Positions 37,222 to 50,940 of a DNA stretch of 64,000 bases are shown here, in pieces. Under the pieces are notes generated by a model. It was given only the letters and a program-made list of their open reading frames with translations. It was not told the DNA's origin and made no database searches. Positions within the stretch are counted from its first letter, which is position 1; each line of letters opens with the position of its first letter. The stretch is from Felis catus (Eukaryota), in contig NC_058368.1 in NCBI RefSeq assembly GCF_018350175.1, positions 212,910,001 through 212,974,000 of the forward strand. Reading direction: 5' to 3'. Made by a program: the position numbers and the translations under genes.

Positions 37222-40200
37222 AAAAAGAAGTTAAGTTGTGTTTTCATTGTGAAGAATTTGGCCAAATGTACTAAAATGCCCTCTACTCCATTAAGTGACA
37301 ATAGATGTGAAAAAAAGTAAAACAGCTTAGCCTTTCAATTGTGAAATACATTTCCACACTGCATTGCTATTTTAGTCATGCATATTTGAGTATATTGTCA
37401 CCCTTACTGCAAAATATCTTTCTAACTGAAATTACATCACTGTACACAATGGAAATGGAAAAAACAATAATTGTCTTTCAAAAGGTCAAAATGAAACCTA
37501 CTGCCTGGAAAAGTCCTTTCTCATAGGTACTGTGGCTCTTCTTTAAACATTTTCAGATTGCACCTATTCTGCAAAAAAATAGTATTTTTTGCAATTAAGC
37601 AATCCACACCTGCCAACATGTGAAAATCACAAGCAAATGGACAATTATTTACAATCAAACAAAAAAGTACTTTAACCGGGAGATTCCCAATTTTTTAAAA
37701 CATTCTAATTTGGCACAACTAATTGAGTTAAAAGTTGTAAGAATAATCTATTTCAAAGGATTCTTCCTCTGTATTTCAAGAAAAGGGAAGTAACTATATT
37801 TTAGATTTCAGTACATCTTCATTTAAATGTGTTCTGAAAGCCAATTGGTATTTCTTTAGCTGGAAAAAAGAATGGCTTTTAATAAGCCATTCCTCTTGCA
37901 GTGCCACTGTCTGCTGATTACATTTTCCTAATAAAACTAATCTTATTAATATGTTGGCATGTGAACTCATTATTTTTCTGCTGTTAAAAGCCAACTTGTG
38001 GTTTGCTTTTACTCTTTCAAATACAATTAGCAAAGCTCTCCAGTGCCTGAAAGGGTCTTTTCATTCGGACAAATTATTCCCGGGCTGGCTTTAAAGAAAG
38101 GGGGTGAGGACAAAAAGGGGTGATGGCTGGTGCACGGGGCAGAGTCTCCTCCATTCTGACGTATCTCTGGAAGACACGAAAACTTGCCTGTGCACAGTCT
38201 CACCAGAAGAGGGGCCAACAGGGCTTGCACCCATCAGCTGCGGGTTTTTTCTTACATTACTTTCACCGAAGAGCTAATTTTTAAAAATCTCAATCAGAGT
38301 GCACAGAGTCAATTAAATGATACTATTTTAAGACAAGAGGGGGTGAAATGTCTGGCAAAGATTTTATTGATGATCTGATAACTTTTCAACTGATGTCACT
38401 TCCCACACTGTTCCTGTGCAAAACCAGTGTCAAAATACAAGCTGGTTTAGACAGCTTTACTGCTAGGCCGTCCCCTCATTGAAGGAATTGAGAGTTGTTT
38501 TTCAACATTTCGGACTTTCCAAAATGTAATGTCTGCCTATCTAAACAATGATTTATTAAACTTGTCTCTGTTCAAATACCTTGGCTAGATACATCAGCTG
38601 CTCTCCGGCTTCCCTTTTCATTTTTGAGTGTCAGAGGGAAACCTGGAAGAGAGGAAATGCCCAAATACATATCCCACCTCCCTAACAATACCGTTGTGCA
38701 CCAAACACTGCCGGAATATTTGTTTAATTAGTTAAATTTTCAACTTTTAAATAAGGAGAAAAAACAAGCTATGGGTGGCCCGTAACCTCAAACGAGCAAA
38801 TATTCAAGGTTATAAAATCACCCCCTGCTCAGAATACCTGGTTAGAAATAAAAACAGCAGTTACCAAATTCTACCCCAAGTCAAGAACAGAGGTGGCATT
38901 AAGAAGCATGAAACTGAATTTGAAAGCCAAAACACTAAGGATGAAGCATTATTTCATAGAAAAAAGACTCTACATATTCTTTATAACTAGAACACCTTTC
39001 TTTAACAACAACAAAAAGCCATTTCTGAAATTAACTGGAGAAATACTAAAAAACAGTTCTGATCCATTCTTAAAAACTACGCTGTAATTTTGTGCTTGCA
39101 AAAGTACACTTGCAGCTGTATCTTTGCTAATGCAAACTGAAGACAGAACACTACAATTACTGAATTCATGTATACAAAGGTGAATTATGCATATATAAAC
39201 AGTTACACATCATAGAATAGTGACCAGTTCAAAGCTGAAGAAAAGTTGGTCCTTTGTTTTTTTAAAGCTGGAGTAATGAAAATTTCCAAGAGACTTTCCT
39301 GATGTAATATTACAAGCAGCAGAATAGTACATTGTCATAAAAGTCTCCTAAAAATGGGGGTGGGGGGTTGGGGAGCACTTGTGATGATTGTTACACTGTG
39401 ATTTTTCAGTAAGGGATATGTACATTCCATACCCAGAGAAGGACAGTTCTAAATTAGAAAAACACTTTCCACATGTTAATAACAGAAACCCGGAAATGGG
39501 AAAGCCTCTCGAGGTGGTGGCCCAAATATCTGGTTTTACAACAGAGGAAGCCCCAAGAGGTAAAGGGACCTGGCCAAAGGCTTTCTCGGCCCAAGTTCAC
39601 TGCCCTAGTTCACAGTCAGGAACTCTGCCTTCTCTTCTATAGCTCTTTCCCAGCTGGGCTGCCTTTGGCTCTAGAGTAATGCTGTCTGCAACCCCAGAGA
39701 TAACTAAGGGTTGGATCACATTCAGAGGAGACAGTCCCTGCATAGGAAGGTAACTGAGCCCCACATTGGGGCCCTCTTAACATGTTTTACATCTTCAAAT
39801 GTCTTTTAACTTTTTTTCTGAAATATTTTGTTTTACAATAAAAGAGTCCTAGCAGATTCTAGAAAGGGTTTTAAATTGCTACCACTGCACTGTGATAAAT
39901 TACAAATAACCTATCAAGACACAAATAGCTCCCATTATTTTTATTTAAATAACCCATCTTCAAACTTTTAACTGAGTCGACTTGGCTTTTTAAAAAATCT
40001 ACTTTAAAACCTAAACTTCTACTTATACTGGCAACAGGATCCCTAGATGATGTTCCTGTATATATACAAAGGAATCACTTACAAGTGAAGCTGGTCCATA
40101 AGCTGTATTAGAGGAGTTTAGCCCTAGACATAAAATAGAAAAAGGTCTTCATACACCAGTATGACAAACCTGTAAAAGACAACCGTTTTCTTAGTATTAC

Positions 40201-41204
40201 TGTCAATGTATGTCACTTGTATATAATTGCTTTTAAAGAATCACAGAAGGCAGGTATGTCTGTGAGGGGGAGAGAGTGAGCACTAAGTTGGTAAATCAAG
40301 AAAAAGTAGCCACTAGAAGGGAAACTATAACTGAATAGGAATTTCTAAAGGAGCTACAGCATTTGAGGCCAAAAGAAACATGATAGATCCCTCTCTCCAA
40401 CACACACACTCTCTTTCTTCCTTGCTTTGAATGTAAGATTACCCTCCTACCCCTGCACTAACAAACAAACAAACAAACAAACAACAACAAAAAAAAAACC
40501 AAGATGCCATCACCATCTCTGAACATTTACACGGTACTGAGAGTCAACAATCCAGGGTGACTTCTGGTAAACCACTCTGGTAAAACGCACATTCCCTCCA
40601 AAATCCCTACCAAAACAACAATAAAAATATCTTTTAAGGTATAAACTTGTAAGTGGAAAGAGTACAGGAAGGAAATAGATGAGAAATATCAACAAAATTT
40701 TGGAAGCTGGAAAGGGGTAACCAATTCAACAGACCTGAAAAACTAAAACCAGAGTGTGCACAGGAACAGGGCAGGCAGCTCCAGTAAGAAACAAAGAATT
40801 CCTGTACAGAGGTTCTAGAATTGGAAACACTAGTTACCTCTGGAGGTAGGGATGCCCTGCAGATGAAAATGGCGGGATTCACTGAAAGTCTAATAATGGA
40901 TCACTTCAACTCAAGTGCACCCCACCTTCCAGCCATCACCAAACCTTACCCAGAAAAAAAATTGCCCCTTCCCAACCAGGCAGAAAAAAAGGAGGTTTAT
41001 TGGCTGAAGGTGTTGACACAAAAAAAGATCTGAACAGGAAGGTACCAGGCACATCTAGAGCTCAGGTGAAGCATAAAACTGAAAATCAGGTTTAAGTGGA
41101 AAGTCTGCAATCCTAAAGGTGAAGCTTCCCCACCATGGGCTCCCAGAATGTAGGAAAGGCTTATGATTCTCAAGAAGAGATTTGGAGAATTCTTTTTTCT
41201 TATA

Positions 41205-41297
41205 TACAAAAAAATTTTAAGTTTATTTATTTATTTATTTTGAGAGAGAGAGAGAGAGAGAGAGAGTATGTGTGCAAGTGGGAGAGGGGCAGAGAGG

Positions 41298-41347
<50 letters not shown>

Positions 41348-41469
41348 CCCAGGCAGGTTCCACACTGTAAGTGCAGAGCTGGGCTCTGCAGGGCTCAAAC
41401 AAACAAACCACGAGATCATGTCCTGAGCCGAAGTCAGATCCTTAACCGAATGAGCCACCCAGGTGCCCC
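41205..41469 (-). mobile_element. CanSINE with (GA)n expansions
   Basis: Reverse typical structure. Flanking repeat GGAGAATTCTTT. Confidence 0.93.
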
Positions 41470-42285
41470 GTTGGAGGAGAATTCTTTAATGAAACTGATA
41501 AGCCTAGGAGATACAACCTCCAGCTAATCATATTTGGGATAACCCTTTGAAAAAGCTAGCTCAACATGTTATTACCCTACAATAAATTCTACTTCTAGAC
41601 ACATTCCCATGCACACAGAGCTTCTAGATAGCCTCTTTCATGGCTCACCCTTAAATATAAACAGACAGCTAAGGATTACCAACAGTTTAAGAAAACCTTG
41701 TAATATGAAAGAAATCACAATATTTTTATAAGGAATCTGATGTAAGTAAAATGCAATGTAAGTTAAAGAAAACTTACAAAAAACACCTTGTGTCAGCAAA
41801 AGTAAGATACCAGAATTATAAAAAGCACCTTTGTTTTATGTTCCCTTAGAAAAAAATTCTACTTACTAAATTATGACAGTCTACCAGTTATGAAATGGAT
41901 CCCAACTTCAGGTAAGTTAAATGTGTTCTAGAACTGATGAAAGGATATATGCAGAAAGATAAGACATTGAATCCAGGAAACAATGTCAGGGTACTATTTT
42001 TTAGAAAGAGAGGCACTCAGAGAACAAAAGAGAACTCTTAGAAATTTAACATATGATAGCAGAAATTAAAAACTCCAAATATCTTTGGAAGATAAAGGTG
42101 AGGCAATCTCTCAGAAAGGAAAAGAAAAATGCAGAGTTGGAAAATGGGAGAAAAAATTAGAGAATTGACTGACAAGAGCCGACATCCAACTTTAAAATTT
42201 CTGGAAAGAGCAAGCAAAGTGACCAGCACAAAAATTTTAAAAGACACACACCAAGGTGAAATCATTGTGAAACATCAGAGCACCA

Positions 42286-42757
42286 GTGAGCCACTTGTCT
42301 GCCTTATGGTCTCCAATTCATTTCCCTCCCTACACCTGCTTTGCTTTGCTCTAAATCATAGGAAGACGATTCTTCCAGGCTGCATTTCCCTGTCAGTTGA
42401 CTTCTGGTTGGTTCAGCCAAAAGAAGCACTGGTGGAAGAGTCAGGAAGTAAGAGGAAAGCCAGGATATGTCTTCCTCTCTCTCACCTCGCCTTAGGTACC
42501 ATCTCTGGGAGAGGTTGTATTTCTTCCATGCTGCTAGCTCCTACGAGCAGCTCTAAGTCTTTGGTCCCGTAAAACTCTTTCTTCCCTGGTCTTTCTAGCT
42601 CTGGAGGTGGTAATGGCTTTTTGCTGTTGCTAATTTCTGGCTTGCCTTACTATTCTATTTGGTGTTTTGGCTCTTTCTACACTTTAAAGTTAGTTTCTCC
42701 AATTAAATTCCTTCTGTTGAAGTATTTAATTTTTCCAGACTAGACTCTGATTAAGCA
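42286..42757 (+). mobile_element. Solo LTR remnant, ERVL class (LTR33/LTR16-like)
   Basis: Pyrimidine-rich block interrupting the A-rich ORF1 relic. CTTCTGGTTGGTTCAGCCAA motif, ATTAAA signal and ...CA end. Confidence 0.55.
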
Positions 42758-45700
42758 ATCACCATTATGTAAAGAAAATATTAAAGTCTTTGGGATAGAG
42801 AAAAAGAAAATAACATGAAAAAGATAAATAATCAGAATGGTAACACCAAAAGCTGCAAAACAATAAAGCAATGTCATCAAAATTTGAGGGAAAATTAATC
42901 TTCAAACTAAAATTTTATACCCAGCTAAATAACTGACTATATATAAAAATAAAACAAAATGTTTTCTGATATTCAAAGTCTCAAAAGATTTTCTACTCAT
43001 ATCATCTTGTTCTTCAAAACTAAGGTGAAATTCAACTAAGAAGGAGATTTAATATCCACTAAAAAGGGAAACTGATATAGGAGAAAACTGAAGGCATTTC
43101 CAGGTTTATACTAAAGGAAGTAATTACTCTAAACAGGAGCAGGAAAACAAAGGGCTGAAAAAAATCACTAACATCATTCTAGGGAATGAGAATGAAACAG
43201 AACTACATGGAAGCAATTTTTAAAAAGGAAGGAAATTATTAACTTCAGAGAAAAAAAGCTACACAGGAAAGGAAATGTAATCATAGAACACTACACGGTT
43301 CTGCTACATGGTTCAATATATATGGTCATAATAATAATAGCTCTTAATAAGGGGGGATAGCTATTATTCAAATTTTATTTTATGAATGTACCTGTAAGTA
43401 AAAACTATGCTACAAAATATTAGGAGGATGGGAGGAAAAGTACAGATTTGTAGAGGAAGTGTGCAAAGGAGCTAAATCTTTTTCCATTTTAGGAAATGAT
43501 GAGCTATATCAAATTTCTCATATCAAAAACAGCAATATCAAGAAGCTATTTTAGAAATACAGAGGGCAACACTAGAAAAAGCCAATAGAAACATTAAGGA
43601 TTATTGCCTCTAAGGAATGGAAGTCAGGAATAGAGAGGAACAGGACACTCCTGTTTGTCTACAACTCATACAGTACCATAAATTTATTTTTAATTCATTC
43701 TGTTTCTTTTTTTCACTTGTTATAGTCAATCTAGAATGGCATATATTATTTTGATTTAAACAACAACAACATCAGGGAAAGAAGGTGAGCTTCACCCAAA
43801 GGCAGAGCCAACAGCTCGTGAAGCCAGCCAGTGAATGGGCTTCAGAAGTGCCAAACACAATAGGGAGAAAGGGGCAAGGCCAAGAGTGGGATTTACACGA
43901 CTGAGAAGTCAGACAGGCTGCCAGAGGGGAAGAGATGTCTCCAACACTGGCTCAGCCTAAACTGAGAAATAGTAGCAAGGACAAATTTGAGTCTACCTCT
44001 TAAAGACAGTGTGAAAACACTAGGAATTGGAAAGACTAGACTGACTCCCTAGCCCAGAATGAAGGAAGGAAGGAATGACTTGGCATCTCTTTCATCTCAC
44101 CAATAAAACTAATGTTTTTCAAATTTAAGATTAGTAAATATTCAAGCATTTAAGTGTTTCTTCATTTTCTTCCAGGGGAGTGATTTCTCAGTGCAGCAGT
44201 GCATACACCATGTTGTGCCCTATCCATGAGAATAAAAGGGGCTTCAGACAATAATTGGGCAAATGGCATGCTGACTAGCCATCATCTAGTTCAATGATTC
44301 TTGCTTTTTTGTGACACTGACCCCATTAAGAATCAAGTGGGGGGTACTGGCCCCTCTCTCTAGAAATACGCACATGTTCACTTACACACAAAAGTTTGTA
44401 CATAAGTATAGAGTTAATGCACACTAAGTCAAGAGATCATTATCCACTTAAAGAGGTCATGGAAACTTGGATGAATTTGGAAGGAACTTCTCACTAAAGA
44501 ACTAAATGAACCCACTCCACTGTGTTTAATGTCATTTCTCTAGAAACATGGATATTTTCACATATGCACCACATATGGTCTGCTACACGATAAATGGTCC
44601 ACATCTCTGTGAGTACCGTCAGTGTATGAGAATGCTTTACACTGAGGCGCGTAATGTTTAATATCCATCCTGGCATAGAAATGCAGATCTTGGGGGCTTC
44701 CAGAGCTCGTGGCCATGGATATTTATATACCTGCTTAAGAATTTGTAGGTGATGAGGATCTCACCCCAGATGGGACCACCGCATGGTCACAGATCAAGCT
44801 CACAGCCATGTTCTCTGGAGCACTCAGTAAACAACATCTCATGATCTAAGAAATAATGATTTACACTCCAGAAGAAAACAGGAAATACAGGTTGCTGCTG
44901 ATGAAGAAGAGACAGAGTCCCAGCAGATTTTGTGAAGTGTGTGAAAGAGTAAGGAGAAATTGGTATTTTAAAAGTGTATATTTGGGGAGGCAGTGTGCAA
45001 GAAAAGAAGAGAAGTCCTTCAGCCTGTGTTGCCTGCCAGACTCACTTGTCGGGCTTGAGACACTTAATCTTCAAGTCACGGGTTCACTCCCCATAGTGGG
45101 CATGTTGTTAATAAAAGGGTCAGACTGATGTAGTGGAAAAAGAAAGTCACTGAACCAGGATTCAGGGGATGCAACTAATCTTGGCTTGGCCACCACACAG
45201 TGCATTCTAAAACCAAATACCAGTGCCCTAGAATTGGAACCACTCACATGGCAAAGGCCAAACACCCATTAAGATATCCTTGAGTCAGAGCCACTGCCCA
45301 TGTGGGCAACACAATAAAACCACTAGAGAAAGCCAGGCAGGCACTCTGCAAACACTTGTCTGAGCCATGCTGGGAGCCCCTTTGCTACTTGAGGGCCTCT
45401 CCAGCAGAGCTTTACTTCTAACTTTAGATTTCTAATGACTGCTAGAGGGTCTTCAGAATCCCCATTGTGAAAACCCATTACTGTCTCCCAATACCATCTC
45501 CCACAGGACAAGTGAAACTGAACTCCTGGTTTTGTGGACCTAACAAGGTCTAGGCATAGGATTTATTCAACACTCACCATTGCTATATTGATTGCAGCAT
45601 ACAGGTTACATTTGGAAAGGCCACCTCACCTGACTGGACCTCAGTTTCTACCTTTCCGTCACCATGCAAGGAGTAGGTTGAATTTGATGTCCTTCTGGTT

Positions 45701-45884
45701 TAATAATAACTAAACTAATAAGCATAATAATAAAAGCTTAAGTGTATTGGCTGCTTCCTTTGTGCCAAGCATACAGCAAAAGGATGCAAGAATAAACAGA
45801 AACAGACATAGTTTCTGCTCTCACAGAGGTGACAGTCTGGTAGAAGAGGCAAGATTTAATTATAAAATCCCACACATAGCTGAT

Positions 45885-46106
45885 GGGGCGCCTGGGTGGC
45901 TCAGTCGGTTGGTTAGGTGTCCGACTTCGGTTCAGGTCATGATCTCACGGTTTGTGGGTCCGAGCCCCACACTGGGCTCTGTGCTGACAGCTCAGAGCCT
46001 GGAGCCCGCTTTCTGTGTCTCCCTTTCTCTCTGCTCCTCCTCTGCTTACGCTCTGTCTCTCTCTCTCCTTCAAAAATAAATAAACATTCCAAAAAATTTT
46101 TAAAAA
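45885..46106 (+). mobile_element. CanSINE
   Basis: Typical structure. Degenerate TSD AAAAT..C.CAC.TAGCTGA. Confidence 0.93.
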
Positions 46107-46767
46107 GAAAATTCCCCACCTAGCTGAGAGGCTATGATGGTAAGGATCAGAGTGCCATAAGATAGTTTGGAGTGTCAGGAAAGACACATACGGAGATGAT
46201 GGTATCTGAGCTGAGATCTGAAGGTTAAGTACAAGTACTAGTTACGGTAAGCATGCAGGAGCATCATACACTTTGGTCTGGAGTATAAGAAACAAGAGTA
46301 AGAGAAATAATAGCTATCATCCATTGAATATTTACTAAATGCCTGACATTGTGTTAAGTAATATTTATATACAATCCTTGAGTTCTTTCAACAGCCTTGT
46401 CAGTTAAAAATTATTATCCCCATTTTAGAGTAAGTAAACTAATGCACAGAGTTTCAGAAATGTGCCCAAGATAAGAACTGTAAGAGACAGAGCCAGGTCT
46501 ATGACACCCCCAGCCTGCATATTTAACCATCAGGTTACACCATCTCCAGTGGTGCCCGTGGGCCCTACTAAAACATGATGTATCAGAATGGAACAGGTCT
46601 CCAGTAGGTTCAATAGTAAGAAAACAAATATACTTTTAAAAATATTTTTATATTACCTATAGGAATGGTAGAAATATCATCATAAGACACTTGTACTAAT
46701 GACCATTACAGTACATGCAACACCCACAGCCCCAATGATAGAAGAGCCCTAAGTAATCTGATTTTCT

Positions 46768-47003
46768 TTTTTTTAAATAATCCTCTTTTTTAACTTTTTA
46801 AATGTTTTTATTTATTTTTGAGAGAGAGAAAGACAGAGCACGAGCCAGGGAAGAGCCGAGAGAAAGGGAGACATAGATTTTGAAGCAAGCTCCAGGGTCT
46901 GAGCTGTCAGCACAGAGTCTGATGCGGAGCTTGAACTCACGAACCAAGAGATCATGACCTGAGCCAAAGCTGGACACAACTGACCAAGCCACCCAGGTGC
47001 CCC
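46768..47003 (-). mobile_element. CanSINE
   Basis: Reverse typical structure. TSD AATCTGATTTTCT. Confidence 0.93.
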
Positions 47004-47237
47004 AGCAATCTGATTTTCTATACACCACACACATGCACCCACCAAACCACCCACCAAAGACAAGGGAAACAAGAGTAGATATTTGACCCAGAAATGCTAA
47101 TGTACAGGCAGCAAAGAGCCTCTTATTCTCCACTATACGACCTGGGCAGTAGAAAAGCTCAAAGTCTTGAAGTGTAGAGCGACCAGAGTTATGCCAGGAG
47201 TGCAGACATTATTAAAATTAGAAAAATCTAGTAATGC

Positions 47238-47500
47238 AGGTCATTAAAAGGTACAAAAATTTGCAGTTATAGGAAAAATAAGTTCTGGGAATCTAATGTA
47301 CAGTATGATAACTATAGTTAGCAATCCTGTATTGTATATTTGAAAGTTACAAAGATACTAGACCCTAAAACTCATCGCAAGAGGGGCGCCTAAGTGGCTC
47401 AGTCTTAAGCGTCCAACTTTGGCTTAGGTCATGATCTCGCCATTCCCGAGTTCAGATTCTGTGTCTCCCTCTCTTTCTGCCCCTCCCCCGCTAGTGCTTG

Positions 47501-47532
<32 letters not shown>

Positions 47533-47708
47533 AATAAACATTAAAAAAAATTTTTTTAAACACATCACAAGAAAAAGTTTGTAACTATGCAAGGTGATGG
47601 ATATTAACTAAACTTACTGTGGTAAGCATTTTGCAGTATGTGCATATATCAAACATTGAATTTATACAATGTTATATATCAATTATAGCTCAATAAAACT
47701 GGAAAAGA
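47238..47708 (+). mobile_element. L1MA9-like 3' end containing a deleted CanSINE (47383 to about 47560)
   Basis: Terminus ATATCAATTATAGCTCAATAAAACTGGAAAA. Flanking repeat AAAAT(C/T)TAGTAATG. SINE TSD CATC(G/A)CAAGA. Confidence 0.85.
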
Positions 47709-47864
47709 GGAAAATTTAGTAATGTAACTCATTACATTATAATAGAATAAAGAGGAAACCATCTGATTATCTCAGCAGATAAGAAAAGGCATTTGATAAA
47801 ATTCAAACACCCCCAACCTACACAGGTGATAAAACTGCATAGAACTTAATATGCATATACTATG

Positions 47865-47866
<2 letters not shown>

Positions 47867-47901
<35 letters not shown>
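47867..47901. repeat. (CA)n microsatellite
   Basis: About 17 CA units. Confidence 0.95.
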
Positions 47902-47903
<2 letters not shown>

Positions 47904-48304
47904 AGTACAAATAAAACTGAGGAAAGCTGAGTAAGGTGAGTGTCAATATCTGTATTGTGATCGTATATATATAATCTTCCAAAATGTTACCAATGGAGGA
48001 AATTGGGCAATGTATACAAGTGATCTCTCTGTATTGCATCTTAAAACTGCATGTACCTCTGCAATTATCTCAATAACAACTCAAATTTAAAAAGAGAGGA
48101 CAAAGGATGAAAATGGAGGGGAAAAGGGAGAGAGGAAGAGAAAGGAGATCAATTTTTTGGAAACAAAATTACATTAATCCATCAAAATTTGTTAAGTTAA
48201 AAATATAGGATAGTAATTTTACTTAAAAAATCATAGCCATTCCAACCTCCCAATGTTTTAGTATAGACTTATAAAAATTTAAAGTTTCAAATTTTTGCAT
48301 TTTT

Positions 48305-48513
48305 CTCATTTTTTTAATGTTTATTTATTTTTGAGAGAGACAGAGAGAAAGCCAGTGGGGGAGGGACAAAGAGCGAGACTCAAAATCTGAAGCAGGCTCC
48401 AGGCTCTGAGCTGTCAGCACAGAGCCTGACACAATGCTTAAACTTACAAACCTGTAAGATCGTGACCTGACCTGAAATCGAATGTTCAACTGACTGAGCC
48501 ACTCAGGCACCCC
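48305..48513 (-). mobile_element. CanSINE
   Basis: TSD TCAAATTTTTGCATTTT. Confidence 0.93.
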
Positions 48514-48645
48514 TCAAATTTTTGCATTTTGAGAATATCACGACCTTTCCAGGGATGCTAAATATGATGAATACAATACTAACATATATGACATAATGTC
48601 AACGATATATTACAATTTACAGTGCCTACAATAAAAACTGTGTCT

Positions 48646-48853
48646 GGGGGTGCCAGTGGCTGTCAGTTAAGTGTCTGACTCTTGATTTCGGCTCAGGTCA
48701 TGATCTCACAGTTTGTGAGATCCAGCCTCACATCGGGCTCTGCACTGACAGCGTGCAGCCTGCTTGGGATTCTGTTTCCCTCTCTCTGCCCCTCCCCTGC
48801 TTGCTCTCTCTCTCTCTCTCAAAATAAATAAACATTAAAAAAAATTTTTTTTA
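48646..48853 (+). mobile_element. CanSINE, head-to-head with the previous copy
   Basis: Typical body and tail. Short flanking repeat CTGTGTC. Confidence 0.92.
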
Positions 48854-50139
48854 ACCTGTGTCCAAAGCCTTTCCCCTAACCTATATTATATAAACTTAAA
48901 CCTACATTATATAAACTTCGATGCTTGCTATGCTATTTTCGTTTCAGTTATTCCAACAAAATATGTAATTCTTTCAAAACAAAACAAAACTTCACCAACA
49001 AAGAATAGAAGGGAACTTCCATAATCTAAGGACGCTCCCAAAAACTTCACACTCAACACTATGTTTAAACAGTGATATGAACAGATATGAAATGTGTTAT
49101 ATGTTCTTTGTAGTAAAGTTAAGAACAAGGCAGGGATGTCCACTATCACTGCTTATATTCAATTCTGTACTGGAATCCTAGCCAGTGCCATTAAAAGTTT
49201 TAATAAAATATACTTAATTTAATATGCTTAATTTAATGAAGTATACCTTCAATCAAGCATACTTAGGAGAAGAATTGAAAAGAAAGAAAATTATCTCTAT
49301 CCACAAGCCATGTGATTGTTCAAAGAATAAGTGGTAAATTTTAGAACTAATAAGAGATTCCACCAAAGTTGCTGGATTTGAAATCGATAGCAGAGGCCGA
49401 AGAGCCCATGATGAGTGTCATGAACTGAAATTCTAAGTAAAGAGATAAGACAAGCCATTAGTACAAAGAAGAGAAGCAGAATGACCTAGAAAGGAGCTGA
49501 GCCCTAGAATGAAGACCACTAAGTCTTTCTAGTTGTGCTAAACATCTCCTGCTGCATTAAAGCAAAGTCTCACACCTGTGAGTCCCAGCTGCACCAGCTC
49601 CTGGGTCTTTGGCTCCCACAGCTCCCTCTCCCACAATAGCCCCCACAACCTCCTGTCTACACTAACCTGATGAACTCAAAAGAGCCCAACTAAAACACAC
49701 ATAAATATGAAAAGTAGACATATTTTCAGAACTGGAATAAATTACTATAACGAGCTCTAATTTCTACTCATAATTTTTATTTATTTATTTATAAAGTCAG
49801 TTTTAATGATCCCATCATCAGAGGGAAGCGCTATTAAAATCCACAACCACAGCTAATCTCTAAAGCACTGACACATGGTTTGGAATATGTTATGGATCTT
49901 TGTAGCAGGTACAAAGATACATACTTCTTTTGCCCAAGAAGTATCATTATGTTGGACAGCCTCTACTGTAATACTTTAACTTCAACAGCCTCAGGTAGGA
50001 GGCCAAACAAAATGTGCTCAGTGCCCTTTACATTCTTTCCTATTTCTGAGGCAAAGGATTTGGATAATGACAATACTATCATAGGTTTCCTTCAACTTGG
50101 TCTCTATTGCAAAAGTTCTACTTTCATTATTCAGAACCC

Positions 50140-50940
50140 ACTCTCCAATGTGGTAGCCACTAGTCACATGACTACTGAGCATTTGAACTGAATTTAGATA
50201 TGCTATTAGGGTAAAACACACACTGAATTTCAAAGACTTTATATAATAAAAAAGAATATATAATCTCATCCATAATTTTTATATTGATTAAATGTTGAAA
50301 GAACATTTTATATGTGAGTTAAATAAAATGTATTATTCAAATTAATTTGACCTGGTTATTTTAACTTTTTAAAAATGTAGCTACTAGTTTTGAAGGGGAA
50401 CATGCATCCCAATGTTTATAGCAGCACTATCAACAATAGCCAAATTATAGAAAGAGCCCAAATGTCCATCAACTGATGAATGGATAGAGAAGATGCAGTA
50501 TATATTTACAATGAAATATTACTCAGTGATCAAAAAGAATGAAATCTTGCTATTTGCAACAACACAGATGGAACTAGAGTGTATTAATGCTAAGCAAAAT
50601 AAATCAGAGAAAGACAAATATCACATGATTTCACTTCTATGTGGAATTTAAAATACAAAACAGATGAACATAAGGGAAGGGAAGCAAAAATAATATAAAA
50701 ACAGAGAGGGAGACAAACCATAAGAGACTCTTAAATGCAGAGACCAAACTGCCAGTTGCTGGAGGAATGTTGGGTGGGGGGATGTGCTAAATGGGCAAGA
50801 AGCATTAAAAGGAGGGCACTTGTTGGGATGAGCACTGGCTGTTATATGTAAGTGATAAATCACTAAATCCTATTCCTGAAATCATTTAAAAAATGTAGCT
50901 ACTAGAAATTTTAAATTACATACATGGCTCACATTTGCAT
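50140..50940. mobile_element. MER33-like hAT element split by an L1
   Basis: CCAATGTGGTAGCCACTAGTCACATG start. Sequence resumes after the L1 as CTACTAGAAATTTTAAATTACATACATGGCTCACATT. Confidence 0.7.
50388..50888 (+). mobile_element. Carnivore L1 3' fragment
   Basis: ORF2 end and 3' UTR (GAGGGCACTTGTTGGGATGAGCACTGG). Perfect 17-bp TSD AAAAATGTAGCTACTAG at 50371-50387 and 50889-50905. Confidence 0.92.

Larger units (their letters stand above)
40500..43760 (+). mobile_element. HAL1-like or ancient L1 ORF1-only remnant, with nested SINE and LTR
   Basis: ORF1-like relics (EKIRELTD; AAAATTTTATACCCAGCTAAA, the ILYPAK motif) run into a 3'-end-like region with no ORF2 visible. Confidence 0.6.

Noticed and set aside
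42129..42572. 147-aa ORF
   Set aside because: A chance fusion of an L1/HAL1 ORF1 relic with an LTR remnant. There is no evidence of domestication.
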